Below, one piece after another: positions 27,505-37,548 of a stretch of DNA of 64,000 nucleotides; positions within the stretch are counted from its first letter, which is position 1; each line of letters starts with the position of its first letter. Source of the stretch: Actinobacteria bacterium UBA4426 (lineage in GTDB: Bacteria > Actinomycetota > Actinomycetes > S36-B12); contig DGQA01000012.1 in the NCBI GenBank assembly GCA_002390705.1, forward strand, positions 5,608-69,607, read 5' to 3'. The notes under the pieces were generated by a model. That model ran no database searches. It saw only the letters and a program-made list of their open reading frames with translations, and was not told the origin of the DNA. Both the position numbers and the translations under genes were made by a program.

Positions 27505-28527
27505 ATGGCACCTATTCGCCCGGAAGAGATCACACCCGCTTATAAAGCTGCCGTGATAGTGGCCCAATTGGGTACTGCCGCAGCCCGACCCGTGTTTGCG
27601 CAATTGCCCAATGAGGAAATTCAGGCCATCACGGGCGAGGTCGCCCGGCTTAAAGAAGTAGATCCGATGCTTGCACTGGAGATTATCCGCGAGTTCATCA
27701 CTTACGCTGCGGGCACTCGAATGGCAGGCAGTGGCGGCCTGGACGTGGCTCGAGATTTACTTGACATGATCTTTGACCAGGCCGAAGCAGACGAAATGTT
27801 CGAGAAAATGGTGAGCTCCATCGCAGAACCACCATTTCATTTCATGCGCAAAATGGAACACTCACAAATCTTGTCCTTCATCAAAGATGAACACCCGCAG
27901 ATCATTGCTGTCGTTCTCGCATATTTGCCATCAGACCTTGCTTCATCTGTTCTTTGTTCACTGCAAGACGAGACGCAGGGCGAAGTTGCCGGTCGAATTG
28001 GCCTCATGGGGCGGGTTAATCCGGACTCAGTTCGCTTGGTCGAAACTGTCCTGAAACGCAAGATGTCCAATGTGCTCGTGACAACGGAATCTTCATATAT
28101 CGGTGGTATTGATCCCTTGATCGGGATTATTCAACGCACCGATCGACAGACCGAGAAAGTCCTTCTTGAAAGCATTGAGGAACAAGACCCCAAACTCGCA
28201 GAGACTATTCGCTCACAACTATTCCTATTCGAAGACGTCAAGAATGTTGACGACAGGTCGCTGCAGTTGATTCTCCGTGAGGTCAATCCGCAAGACCTTG
28301 CCATGTCATTAAAGGGCGTGAGCACGGAACTTCACGAGAAAGTTTTGCGAAATCTTTCCAATCGGGCAGCAGAAATGCTCGAAGAGGAATTGGAACTTAT
28401 GGGCCGGGTGCGCCGCAGCGGTGTAGAGGAAGCCCAAGGAAAAATCGTAGCTGTAATCCGGCGCCTTGATGAAAAAGGCGATATTGAAATCAGCGCTGGT
28501 GGTGGTGAAGATGACTTCGTTGTTTAA
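27505..28527 (+). CDS. fliG: flagellar motor switch protein FliG
   Basis: 340 aa. The FliG pattern includes the C-terminal torque helix region (...MSLKGVSTELHEKVLRNLSNRAAEMLEEEL). Confidence 0.9.
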   Translation: MAPIRPEEITPAYKAAVIVAQLGTAAARPVFAQLPNEEIQAITGEVARLKEVDPMLALEIIREFITYAAGTRMAGSGGLDVARDLLDMIFDQAEADEMFEKMVSSIAEPPFHFMRKMEHSQILSFIKDEHPQIIAVVLAYLPSDLASSVLCSLQDETQGEVAGRIGLMGRVNPDSVRLVETVLKRKMSNVLVTTESSYIGGIDPLIGIIQRTDRQTEKVLLESIEEQDPKLAETIRSQLFLFEDVKNVDDRSLQLILREVNPQDLAMSLKGVSTELHEKVLRNLSNRAAEMLEEELELMGRVRRSGVEEAQGKIVAVIRRLDEKGDIEISAGGGEDDFVV

Positions 28528-29290
28528 CGCCTCTCCCGTAACACCGGCTGAAGCAAGCACACTGACAGCAACTCGGTTTGACAGCGTGTTGCGTCAACTG
28601 GAAATTGATCTTTCCCCGGAAGTCAATCCCCAGGAAGTAGTTCTTTCTGCTGAGCCAACCACACTAGATTTGGCCGTCGAATCTGAGTCGAGTGTGATGA
28701 CCCGCGGGTTTGATGCGGGTTTCGACGCTGGTTTTGAAGCCGGCCATAAGAGTGGACATGAAGTTGGGTTTACGACGGGTGTCAGCGAAGGTCGCGAGCA
28801 GATGGCTGCCGATGTTCGCGCGGAACTCCTCACCGAGCACACGGCTATCATGTTGGAACACTCTGAATTGAGAGCCAAACTCGAAATCGCTTTAAACGTC
28901 TTGGCAAGTGGTATGTCCTCATTGGAGTCGGCCACTATCCCGGTGTACACCGAGGTTGGTGTGAATCTGGGCGGTGTAGTCGTTGAACTTGTAGAAGAAA
29001 TCCTCGGGGCAGAACTGTCTACCGACAAGGCCCACGTCGTCAATTCGATCAGCGCCGCCGCTGCCGAAATCCCCGGCCACTCGCAAGTGCGCGTGGCATT
29101 ACACCCGGACGATCTTGAATTAGTTCACGGCTTGGGTATCGATTTTGAAGAGACCCTTCAGCGTCCCGTGCGCCTGTTGGCCGATGACTCAATTGAAGTC
29201 CACGGAGCAACTGTGACAAGTGGCTGCACTCGGGTCGATTCCCAAATCAGCCAACGGATCGCACGATTAAAGGAGGCGATTTCCCCGTGA
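28511..29290 (+). CDS. fliH: flagellar export apparatus protein FliH
   Basis: Its position is between fliG and fliI. It has an acidic coiled N-terminal region and a FliH/YscL-like C-terminus. The start is uncertain, at 28466, 28469 or 28511. Confidence 0.7.
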   Translation: MTSLFNASPVTPAEASTLTATRFDSVLRQLEIDLSPEVNPQEVVLSAEPTTLDLAVESESSVMTRGFDAGFDAGFEAGHKSGHEVGFTTGVSEGREQMAADVRAELLTEHTAIMLEHSELRAKLEIALNVLASGMSSLESATIPVYTEVGVNLGGVVVELVEEILGAELSTDKAHVVNSISAAAAEIPGHSQVRVALHPDDLELVHGLGIDFEETLQRPVRLLADDSIEVHGATVTSGCTRVDSQISQRIARLKEAISP

Positions 29291-30591
29291 ACCTTCAACA
29301 GACTTTAAATCATGGTCGCGATGCTGTTCGCCTTCCTGTGAGCGGTGAGGTCGTCGGCGTCAACGGATTGACGATCTGGCTCGAAGGCGTCCGCTCAGCA
29401 ATCGGTGACGTACTCGACCTAGACGTTCAAGGGCAGAGCCTTCCAGCTCAAGTGGTCGGAATTTCTGGGGATCGGCTGGCGTGCATGCCCTTGGGAGAAA
29501 TGTCTGGCGTTGCACCCGGTGTTACCGCACGAGCCACAAATGCACCGGTGCGGGTTCCTATTGGTGATAAATTATTGGGGCGCGTTATTGATGCCCTCGG
29601 AAACCCGATAGACGACAAGGGTCCCCTACCCACCATGCCATTGTTATCCACGACCAATCAGGCTCCGTCTCCACTTTCGCGCCAACGAATCACACAGCAA
29701 TTACACGTGGGAGTTCGAATAATTGACACTTTGATCCCAATTGGGCGCGGGCAACGAATCGGGATCTTCGCCGGTTCAGGTGTGGGAAAATCAACCCTGA
29801 TGTCCATGATGGCGAGAAATACTTCAGCCGACGTAGTGGTCGTGGGACTGGTTGGCGAACGTGGCCGTGAAGTACTGGAATTCATCGAGAATGACCTCGG
29901 TTCAGAAGGCCTGGCTAAATCAGTAGTCGTTGTTGCGACCTCAGATATGCCACCCATGGTGCGTCTTCAGGCGGCTTCGACGGCTACTCGCGTGGCTGAG
30001 CACTTTCGAGATCAAGGACTACACGTCTTGTTGTTCATTGACAGCATCACACGGACCATGACCGCGCAACGAGAGGTCGGCCTGTCCGCTGGTGAGCCAC
30101 CCGCGGCCCGCGCATATCCCCCATCTGCATTTGCGATGTTGCCTCGCTTACTCGAACGGGCCGGTGCCTCGAGCGTTGGCACCATTACGGGTATTTACAC
30201 AGTTCTCATTGAGGGCGACGACCTCCAAGATCCCGTGGCCGACAGTGCCCGATCGATCCTTGATGGACACATTGTTTTAGACAGGGAGTTAGCCACCGCA
30301 AATCACTACCCGGCCATTGACGTACTCGGTTCCGTCTCTCGAGTTGCACCATATGTGACCAGCAGTGAAGTTCAGTCGAGTGGTGCCGAGTTGAAAAAAC
30401 TATTAGCGGCCTACCGGGAAGCTCGCGTCTTGGTGGAAGTCGGCGCTTATGTGAATGGGTCCAACGCCGACGTGGACCGGGCCATTTCACTCATGCCACG
30501 CATCAATGCGTTCCTTCAACAGCCCACCCACGAAGTCCCCGGTCTTGACGCATCACAACAGCAACTTCTCGGATTGGTAGGCACCCAGTGA
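29287..30591 (+). CDS. fliI: flagellum-specific ATPase FliI
   Basis: 434 aa. Walker A is GSGVGKST and the Walker B context is LLFIDSITR. The fold is F1-ATPase-like. Confidence 0.95.
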   Translation: MNLQQTLNHGRDAVRLPVSGEVVGVNGLTIWLEGVRSAIGDVLDLDVQGQSLPAQVVGISGDRLACMPLGEMSGVAPGVTARATNAPVRVPIGDKLLGRVIDALGNPIDDKGPLPTMPLLSTTNQAPSPLSRQRITQQLHVGVRIIDTLIPIGRGQRIGIFAGSGVGKSTLMSMMARNTSADVVVVGLVGERGREVLEFIENDLGSEGLAKSVVVVATSDMPPMVRLQAASTATRVAEHFRDQGLHVLLFIDSITRTMTAQREVGLSAGEPPAARAYPPSAFAMLPRLLERAGASSVGTITGIYTVLIEGDDLQDPVADSARSILDGHIVLDRELATANHYPAIDVLGSVSRVAPYVTSSEVQSSGAELKKLLAAYREARVLVEVGAYVNGSNADVDRAISLMPRINAFLQQPTHEVPGLDASQQQLLGLVGTQ

Positions 30592-31037
30592 ATAATCGGA
30601 ACCTTGATGTCTTGCTGAAAGTTCGAAAAGCAAAGCAAAGTCAAGCGCTTGCTGCTTTAGGAGTCGAACGAGTGGCCGTTGCCGGTCTATCTTGTGAACT
30701 CGAGGAAGCATCTTCAAACCTCGCTGAACTGCTACTGGACGGTCGGCGCCGGGTTGAAGACATGAAATTCATTGCGGCACAACGCTCAAGTTCAGTTGCT
30801 TTCATCAGACAAATCAACGACTCATTAATGCTGGCGCAACTACGCGCTGAGAACGCGCGTCTGGCGTGGCTGGCTACTGACCAAGATCGGGAGATCAGCC
30901 AGCGACTACTCGATCGCGAGCAAGACGCTGCCGAACTTGCCAGTGACAGGGCCGAACGGCTGAACTCGGACGAACGGGCCAGAAGCATGATTTTCTACCG
31001 CAAGCAAGGATCAACAAAGAAGGGAAAAGACTCATGA
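30588..31037 (+). CDS. fliJ: flagellar export protein FliJ (putative)
   Basis: A 149-aa coiled-coil protein with a GTGA overlap with fliI, in the canonical position. Confidence 0.65.
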   Translation: MNNRNLDVLLKVRKAKQSQALAALGVERVAVAGLSCELEEASSNLAELLLDGRRRVEDMKFIAAQRSSSVAFIRQINDSLMLAQLRAENARLAWLATDQDREISQRLLDREQDAAELASDRAERLNSDERARSMIFYRKQGSTKKGKDS

Positions 31038-32584
31038 CTACCGTGGCGACAATCGCGGCCAATGCGGCCGCGGAACCGGCAGTACTCAGTGGCTCGGCTC
31101 GATCAGCTGACTCGTCGGGTCGGTTTGCAACAGAGTTGAGCAAGACTACGCAACAGGTGCGCGAACGCCACGATGGTCAACAGCATGCGACCGCAAGGCG
31201 ATCTGAGGAAAGCGAATCTGACAATGGCCCACGAATCCGCACGGCGAAGCCCGATATTGATCAGAGCGCAACGCAAAACTTGGTAGCCGAGCTCACCGAT
31301 TCCGAGGGCAAAGACGACCTTGGGTTGACCCCAATCGGACTTACCGTCGCCGCTCCCGTTGGTAGGGAATCACTAGATCCCGAATTAGTTGGCCTTGGGG
31401 TTGTTGACCCAAATTCCATGGACGCAGAACTCGAAACTTCGTCTGAATCTCAGGAAGGAATAACCTCTGCCACGTTTAAGTCAGGTGCAGGTTCCCTTTC
31501 CACTACCAACGGAACAATGCCAGATGAGTTACCCACAAATAACACGATGAAGCCTGCAGTTGTCACCGGAAATGCCACACACACCCAGGTCGGGAATGAA
31601 GAAACTGTGAACAGTGTGCTCGGTACTGGCTCCGCCGATTCAGTGGCGGACGAGGCAATGTCGGGGGCCAGCCCCAACGCTGGCACCGCACCGGACGCTG
31701 GGACAGCGCCTGTGCCAAATAGCAGGAGCGCGAAATCACCAACCAACAGCGGTGCCCCGGTGGACGCCCTTGCAACTGATTCTCCAACAGAGACAACGAG
31801 CGGATCTTTAACCGTTGAGGGTGAAGCCGGTGAAGTTCCCGGTGAATCCAACACCGTCTCCGAATCCAGTGTGACAACGTCTAATGAATCAGGTCCACCT
31901 TCGGACGGTGCGAGTGACGATGGCAGCCAGAACGATAGGAGATTTGGGACCCCGGGCGAGTCAGCCGCAGGCGTTGTCCGGACTGGTCAATTTGAAAGTG
32001 AGATAATTGATAGATCCCAAAGTAGTGCGGCTCGAGCAGGCGTAGACATGCCAGTTTCTCCCGTAATGATAAACCAGGTGGCAGCGTCCGGGCCCTCACA
32101 GGCAACACTTGATCCTGGTTCTCCAATCCTGTCAGCCGAACCAAAAGCGCCGACGCCGGTGGCTGCCCAGATGTCCGCTCACTTGAGTGCATTTAAGGGT
32201 CTCGCCAATGGCACCTACGAAACAACCTTGCGTCTTTATCCTGAGGAATTGGGTCAGGTGTCGGTTCGGATTCAGGTTAACGGAGGCACCGTATCTATCC
32301 ACGCCTTTGGGGCCAGTGAAGTGGCGGTTCAAGCACTTCGCGAAGCCATGCCAGATCTGCGCCAAAACCTTCTTCAATCTGGTCTTGACCTTGTCGATAG
32401 TCAGGTCGATCAAGGATCTTCCTTCCTCAGCGAAGAGCAGGAATCAGCTAACGGCCGCATGGTGGATTCAAGTAATCCCGACAGCCCGGTGAACCAACAA
32501 AATAGTGAGATCGCTGGCGACACCATCGATGCCCTCACAAATAGTGAACGAACCGAGGGAGCTCGCGTCGATGTGCGCGTCTGA
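31034..32584 (+). CDS. fliK: flagellar hook-length control protein FliK
   Basis: 516 aa. A long Ser/Thr/Asp/Pro-rich region is followed by a C-terminal Flg_hook-like domain (LRLYPEELGQVSVRIQVNGGTVSIHAF). Confidence 0.75.
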   Translation: MTTVATIAANAAAEPAVLSGSARSADSSGRFATELSKTTQQVRERHDGQQHATARRSEESESDNGPRIRTAKPDIDQSATQNLVAELTDSEGKDDLGLTPIGLTVAAPVGRESLDPELVGLGVVDPNSMDAELETSSESQEGITSATFKSGAGSLSTTNGTMPDELPTNNTMKPAVVTGNATHTQVGNEETVNSVLGTGSADSVADEAMSGASPNAGTAPDAGTAPVPNSRSAKSPTNSGAPVDALATDSPTETTSGSLTVEGEAGEVPGESNTVSESSVTTSNESGPPSDGASDDGSQNDRRFGTPGESAAGVVRTGQFESEIIDRSQSSAARAGVDMPVSPVMINQVAASGPSQATLDPGSPILSAEPKAPTPVAAQMSAHLSAFKGLANGTYETTLRLYPEELGQVSVRIQVNGGTVSIHAFGASEVAVQALREAMPDLRQNLLQSGLDLVDSQVDQGSSFLSEEQESANGRMVDSSNPDSPVNQQNSEIAGDTIDALTNSERTEGARVDVRV

Positions 32585-32626
32585 ACTCAACCAACTCCCA
32601 CCCCATCTGAAAAGAAAGGACATCCG

Positions 32627-33259
32627 ATGACTATCACCCCTATCGGATCGACCGGTACTCCCATTGCCGAGTTAATGGGACCAAAGCCAGCAAAAGCTTC
32701 CGATCCTGCTGGAGAGCTGGGCAGTGAAGCATTTCTGAAGCTCTTGGTTGCCCAGTTGAAATATCAGGATCCCCTCAACCCTGCCGATGGCGCCGAATTT
32801 TTGGCCCAAACCGCCCAATTCACCATGGTCGAAAAACTCACAACCATGGTCACGCAGGGTGAAGAGACGGCTCGCAGCCAGCAAGAAACACAGGCCGCTC
32901 AACTGGTGGGTAAACAGGTCACCTACGTGAGTACCTCCGGTGAAAAAACTGAAGGAACGGTGGAATCCGCATCCTTTACCGATGACGGCCAAATGCTGGT
33001 AATCGATGGGAAGTCGGTCGAGCTAGACGCGGTCACAGGAGTTATTGGTGGGCCCAATGATTCACAGGTTGCGCAAGCGTTGACGGATCTTGGGCCGTCG
33101 TTGTCGGCCAATCTCGCACCCGAATTAGTTAAGGCGCTACAAAGCTTGGGGCTGACCCAATCCGGCACGCCAGTTGTGAGCCCGTCGATCCCGAACCCGA
33201 CTGTCGCTTCTTCTTCAGGAGACAGTGAGACAACTGTCTCCAGTGTGGAAGAGGGGTGA
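32627..33259 (+). CDS. flgD: flagellar hook assembly (cap) protein FlgD
   Basis: 210 aa with the N-terminal motif FLKLLVAQLKYQDPLNP. Confidence 0.85.
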   Translation: MTITPIGSTGTPIAELMGPKPAKASDPAGELGSEAFLKLLVAQLKYQDPLNPADGAEFLAQTAQFTMVEKLTTMVTQGEETARSQQETQAAQLVGKQVTYVSTSGEKTEGTVESASFTDDGQMLVIDGKSVELDAVTGVIGGPNDSQVAQALTDLGPSLSANLAPELVKALQSLGLTQSGTPVVSPSIPNPTVASSSGDSETTVSSVEEG

Positions 33260-33432
33260 GAACACATTTCTTGGCAAACGCACGAGGCATAGGCCTACCG
33301 CGTTTGAGTAACTAGGTAACAAAAAAGGTGCTGCTAGGGATTGCGAAACCTTTGATTGCGAGGCCACGGATGGCGTTGAACAAGAAGCAGTTGAGCCGAA
33401 CGGTTCAACTCAACAACAACCGGAGGTAAAAA

Positions 33433-34692
33433 ATGCTTCGCTCATTATTCTCAGGAATTACAGGTCTGCGCGCCCACCAACAAATGATGGACGTAACAGG
33501 CAACAACATCGCAAACGTGAACTCGGCTGGATATAAGGCATCAACGGCTGTCTTCGAGTCAGCGATCTCTCAGGCAGTAAAGGCACCCGGTGCCCCCGTT
33601 GCCGGTGCTGCCAATGCTGCTGCTCGAGGTGGCGTGAATGGAGTCCAGATCGGACTCGGTGTCAAACTGGGCGGCGTGTCAACTAACTTCGGTCAGGGTT
33701 CTTCCCAACTAACAGGGGTATCCACCGATTTCGCTCTTCAAGGTGGAGGATTCTTTGTCACCAACAATGGGATAGAAAATCAATTCACGCGGGCTGGTTC
33801 CTTCACGATGGATGCCGCCGGCAAGTTGACCGCACCCGACGGCAACATCGTGCAGGGTTACATGGCCAATGCCGCCGGTGTTATTAACCCCAATGCCGCC
33901 ACAACAGACATCACTTTGCCGGTGGCACAGTTGTTGCCGGCCGTATCCAGCACCACCATGAGTATGGGGGGTAACCTTAAGGCTGATGTTGCCAATGGAA
34001 CCACTGTGACGAGTTCAATCACCACTTACGATGTCCTGGGGGCGGCGAGTGCGACTACGGCCACGTTCACCAAGACTGCTCCGGGTTGGAACGTTCAGTT
34101 AACTGGTGAAGACGGAGCCGCCGGGGCTGCGGTCGCGATCACCTTTGACGGAAATGGTGTCCTCACTACTGCCTCTCCAATTGCAGCGCTGAATCGGCCT
34201 GCAGTCGCTGCGGCGGTTGGTCCCCCAGTTGTTGTGGCGGTGCCGGTAGCCGACTTCGAAGTGGATATCACCGGACTTACCCAGTATGCGGCTTCGAGTT
34301 CATTTGGTATCACCGAACAAAATGGTGCAGCCGTCGGTGCGCTCACCACCTTCTCCACGACCAGTGATGGCCAACTCATCGGTATTTACAGTAATGGTAA
34401 AAAACAAGCCCTGGCACAGCTAGCGGTCGCTATTTTCAATAACCCTGATGGTTTGGAAAAAGTGGGCGACAGCAACTACCGGACCTCAGTTAACTCCGGT
34501 GTGGCGTTAATTGGCTCTGCGACCGTTGGTGGGCGCGGGTCAATACAGGGGGGATCCCTAGAAATGTCCAACGTGGACCTGGCTTCTGAGTTCACCAACT
34601 TAATCGTGGCCCAGCGGGGCTTTGCGGCAAACTCTAGGACAATGACGGCTGCAGACGAAATGCTACAGGAACTCATGAGTATCAAGCGTTAA
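33433..34692 (+). CDS. flgE: flagellar hook protein FlgE
   Basis: 419 aa. The N-terminus is MLRSLFSGITGLRAHQQMMDVTGNNIANVNSAGYK. The C-terminus is EFTNLIVAQRGFAANSR. Confidence 0.9.
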   Translation: MLRSLFSGITGLRAHQQMMDVTGNNIANVNSAGYKASTAVFESAISQAVKAPGAPVAGAANAAARGGVNGVQIGLGVKLGGVSTNFGQGSSQLTGVSTDFALQGGGFFVTNNGIENQFTRAGSFTMDAAGKLTAPDGNIVQGYMANAAGVINPNAATTDITLPVAQLLPAVSSTTMSMGGNLKADVANGTTVTSSITTYDVLGAASATTATFTKTAPGWNVQLTGEDGAAGAAVAITFDGNGVLTTASPIAALNRPAVAAAVGPPVVVAVPVADFEVDITGLTQYAASSSFGITEQNGAAVGALTTFSTTSDGQLIGIYSNGKKQALAQLAVAIFNNPDGLEKVGDSNYRTSVNSGVALIGSATVGGRGSIQGGSLEMSNVDLASEFTNLIVAQRGFAANSRTMTAADEMLQELMSIKR

Positions 34693-34697
34693 TGTGC

Positions 34698-34742
34698 AAT
34701 TCTGTTTGGGTAGGCCACATGGGTGTCTGCCCAAACAGAATT
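34698..34742 (+). other. 13-bp perfect stem-loop immediately after the flgE stop (no U-tract)
   Basis: AATTCTGTTTGGG - 19 nt - CCCAAACAGAATT. Confidence 0.7.
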
Positions 34743-34818
34743 CATTATCTCCCTGAACTCACAATAGCTTCAGCGCAGGATGCATTGACAGTTGTGGGCC
34801 TTCTCGCCCGTGACTACC

Positions 34819-34845
34819 TTAAGTCGTTGCTATTCCTGCCGATTA
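34819..34845 (+). promoter_or_regulatory. sigma-28-type promoter candidate (TTAA-N15-GCCGATTA) for flbD-motA-motB
   Basis: The motif ends 42 nt upstream of GTG 34888. Confidence 0.45.
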
Positions 34846-34887
34846 TACTGTGCGAAGCGAAAATACTCTAAGGAAGGAGCTGGCACC

Positions 34888-35151
34888 GTGATTAAGTTAA
34901 CGAGGCTCAACGGCGAGAAGTTCGCGCTGAATAGTGATCTGATAGAACGGATCGAGGAGTCACCGGACACCGTGTTGACCCTCGTGGACGGCAAACACAT
35001 TATGGTGACTGAGAGACTCTCTGACATTATTGACTCAATTCGATTGGACCGTGCCACCGTCCTAGCAATTGCTCAAGACGTGGCTAATTCCATCGATGAC
35101 CCCTCAGGTTCAGCTAGTGCAAACGTCATTTCAATGAATCCGCGCGGATAA
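34888..35151 (+). CDS. flbD: flagellar protein FlbD
   Basis: GTG follows AAGGAAGGAG. The N-terminus IKLTRLNGEKFALNSDLIERIEESPDTVLTLVDGKHIMV is typical of FlbD. Confidence 0.8.
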   Translation: MIKLTRLNGEKFALNSDLIERIEESPDTVLTLVDGKHIMVTERLSDIIDSIRLDRATVLAIAQDVANSIDDPSGSASANVISMNPRG

Positions 35152-35153
35152 TC

Positions 35154-35927
35154 GTGGATCCAATAACGCTTATTGGCGTAGTTCTCGCTTTCATCATTGT
35201 CATGGTCGTCCTGATAATTGAAGGCGGCTCGCCTACCTCTATTTTACTCCTTGCCCCATTGATTCTGGTTTTCGGTGGGACATTTGCCGTTGGCGCTGCC
35301 GGGATGTCAGGCAAGTTATTCTTGGCGTCGCTTAAAGCGGCCGGCACAGCACTCATATCCGGGACCCCAAAATATGAAAGTCTGCTGGAAACTCTCGTGG
35401 AATGCGCCAATATCGCGCGAAGGGATGGATTACTCTCCTTAGAAGCCACGGTAAGCGAAATCGAAGACGCGCTGCTACGTCGCGGACTTGAGTTGGCGAT
35501 CGACGGCACAGACCCCGGGGATCTCGGGCGCATTCTCGAGGCAGAACTGCACAGTGAAACGGTGTACGGCACCCGCCAAGCAAAACTTTTCATGGATATG
35601 GGTGGCTACGCACCAACCATTGGCATTATCGGGACAATTCTTGGCTTGGTCACCGTTCTGGGAAACCTTTCTAACCCCGACGAGCTGGGTGGGCTTATTG
35701 CCGCGGCCTTCGTCGCAGCCATGTGGGGCGTACTCTCGGCGAACGTCTTCTGGCTACCCATCGGAACTAAAATGAAATTGCTCAATGACCTGCGCACCAC
35801 GCAGGGCGAGGTAATCATCGAGGGAATCCTGGCCATTCAAGCCGGTGCAAACCCACGCATGGTGGAACGCAGGCTTCGGGCACTGCTTCCCGCTGATATC
35901 CTCCGGGATCTTGAAAAGGCAGGCTGA
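35154..35927 (+). CDS. motA: flagellar stator protein MotA
   Basis: 257 aa with 4 TM helices and a MotA/ExbB-type C-terminal channel region. Confidence 0.85.
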   Translation: MDPITLIGVVLAFIIVMVVLIIEGGSPTSILLLAPLILVFGGTFAVGAAGMSGKLFLASLKAAGTALISGTPKYESLLETLVECANIARRDGLLSLEATVSEIEDALLRRGLELAIDGTDPGDLGRILEAELHSETVYGTRQAKLFMDMGGYAPTIGIIGTILGLVTVLGNLSNPDELGGLIAAAFVAAMWGVLSANVFWLPIGTKMKLLNDLRTTQGEVIIEGILAIQAGANPRMVERRLRALLPADILRDLEKAG

Positions 35928-35929
35928 AC

Positions 35930-36859
35930 TTGACTAACCGTCGCCATGTCGAAGAGGAAAAGGAGAACCACGAAAGGTGGCTAATCTCCTATGCCGACAT
36001 GGTGACCCTGTTGTTCGCTCTGTTTGTGCTCTTGTTCGCCATCAGCCAAGTCAATAACGAAAAGTATGAAGAACTCTCCACCTCCCTAGCCACTGCTTTT
36101 GGTACGGCCGTGAACATTTCTGATGGCAATAACAGCGTTCTGCCCCTGGCTGGAGACAACGTAACTTTGAGCTCGCTCCCGCCGGTCGATGCACCCGCAA
36201 TTGTGATACCTGATGTCATGCCCAAAATTCGCGACCAAGTGTCGAATCTCATGTCCACTCAAGGAAGCGTTGATGGCATCAAGGCGAGCCTTGCTGTTCA
36301 GTCAGCGGTGGCGGCCGAGGCTGCTGATCAGGCCAACCTGAACAAGGCAGAACAAGCGCTCGCCAGCGCCGTGAGTTCCGCGGGCCTTTCCGGAAAGGTA
36401 GTTCTCAGCCGAGAGGAGCGAGGGCTGATTGTGACCCTCCTCGTTGACGATGTGATCTTTCCTCCGCACAGCGCCACGCTTCAGTCCGGCGGTTCTGATG
36501 CGATTCGGGCACTCCTTCCGGCGCTCCAGGATTCCGGAACCAGACTGATCGTTGAAGGTCACACCAACACGGCTCCTGTGCAGCCGATTAATTTCCCCAG
36601 CGACTGGGAACTGTCCAGTGCGAGAGCGGGCGCAGTTGCCCGGTTTCTCAACTCTGAAGGGGGAGTTCCTCGGCCGAGAATGCATGTTGCCGGCTACGGG
36701 GACACTTCGCCATTGGTCCCCGAGTCCAACCCGGATCACCTTCGCCTCAACCGACGAGTGGCGATCGTAGTGGCGAGTGGCTTAACGGAGGAACAACGCT
36801 CCCTCCTTGCTGGCGCGAGGGTCGCCAGTGAGATGGCCGATCAGAACACATTGCAGTGA
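35930..36859 (+). CDS. motB: flagellar stator protein MotB (OmpA-like C-terminus)
   Basis: TTG start. The N-terminus has ERWLISYADMVTLLFALF with the conserved Asp. The C-terminal peptidoglycan-binding region reads (...GHTNTAPV...LSSARAGAVARFL...LNRRVAIVV). Confidence 0.85.
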   Translation: MTNRRHVEEEKENHERWLISYADMVTLLFALFVLLFAISQVNNEKYEELSTSLATAFGTAVNISDGNNSVLPLAGDNVTLSSLPPVDAPAIVIPDVMPKIRDQVSNLMSTQGSVDGIKASLAVQSAVAAEAADQANLNKAEQALASAVSSAGLSGKVVLSREERGLIVTLLVDDVIFPPHSATLQSGGSDAIRALLPALQDSGTRLIVEGHTNTAPVQPINFPSDWELSSARAGAVARFLNSEGGVPRPRMHVAGYGDTSPLVPESNPDHLRLNRRVAIVVASGLTEEQRSLLAGARVASEMADQNTLQ

Positions 36860-36880
36860 CGCAAATAAGACCCAGTTCGC

Positions 36881-36907
36881 TCAAGATTTGGTCCGCAAAG
36901 CCGATGA
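36881..36907 (+). promoter_or_regulatory. sigma-28-type promoter candidate (TCAAGATT-N11-GCCGATGA) for fliL-fliM-...
   Basis: The pattern is exact and intergenic, ending 18 nt upstream of ATG 36926. Confidence 0.6.
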
Positions 36908-36925
36908 GACGTATGGAGGAAAATT

Positions 36926-37381
36926 ATGGCGAAAAAGAAGTCTGACTCAGAAGATGGCGACAAGGGCTCACGGCTGCGGATAGTTGTTGTTGTGCTGGCT
37001 GTCCTGCTGATCGGGGCCGGCGTGTATATGTATCTCGGAAATGGGTCCTCAGAGGCGCCCGCAAGCGTCCAACCTGTTGCCGTTGCGGCAATAGATAAAG
37101 GCGAGGTCATCAAACTCGAGCCTATTTTCATTAATCTTAAGAACGATCGTTTCCTCAAGGTCGGGCTAGCACTGCAAACAACTCTCACCGGGGATGACGC
37201 CGAGCTCGATGGGTCGATAGCACTCGATGCTGCCATCGAGGTCTTTAGCAATAAAGATATCGACCAAGTAGTGACTGAGACTGGCCGTGCCCAGCTCAAA
37301 GAGGCATTACTCACGCTGGTGACCGAAAAATACGGCGCCCAAGTAATCGATATCTATTTTACGGAGTTTGTTATGCAGTAG
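36926..37381 (+). CDS. fliL: flagellar basal body-associated protein FliL
   Basis: 151 aa. A single N-terminal TM is followed by a FliL-like C-terminus (...LKEALLTLVTEKYGAQVIDIYFTEFVMQ). Confidence 0.75.
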   Translation: MAKKKSDSEDGDKGSRLRIVVVVLAVLLIGAGVYMYLGNGSSEAPASVQPVAVAAIDKGEVIKLEPIFINLKNDRFLKVGLALQTTLTGDDAELDGSIALDAAIEVFSNKDIDQVVTETGRAQLKEALLTLVTEKYGAQVIDIYFTEFVMQ

Positions 37382-37548
37382 TAGTGACCCGGTCGCCATG
37401 GATGAAACGCGACTCTTGATATCGGGCAGCTGGCTAGCAGCGCTCGAGGGCTCAAAGGCTGGAAGGAACCGGCCCCTACCGCCCGAACATTCTGAATTTT
37501 TTGCGATTAAAGGCTCAGTTAGGGCTCTGAGCAGACGATGAGTCTTTC

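Noticed and set aside
37427-37448. Four consecutive or overlapping 6-bp palindromes, CAGCTG-GCTAGC-AGCGCT-CTCGAG, resembling a synthetic polylinker.
   Set aside because: There are no flanking vector-like features and the surrounding sequence is continuous with the operon. GC-rich Ala/Leu/Ser-type codon strings generate such palindromes by chance. I have no basis for a biological or artefactual claim.
37398-37541. A 47-aa ORF (MDETRLLISGSWLAALEGSKAGRNRPLPPEHSEFFAIKGSVRALSRR) fills the fliL-fliM gap. It could be a missing FliM N-terminus or a small protein.
   Set aside because: It is in a different frame from fliM, has no CheY-binding-like motif and no convincing SD. It cannot be supported from sequence alone.
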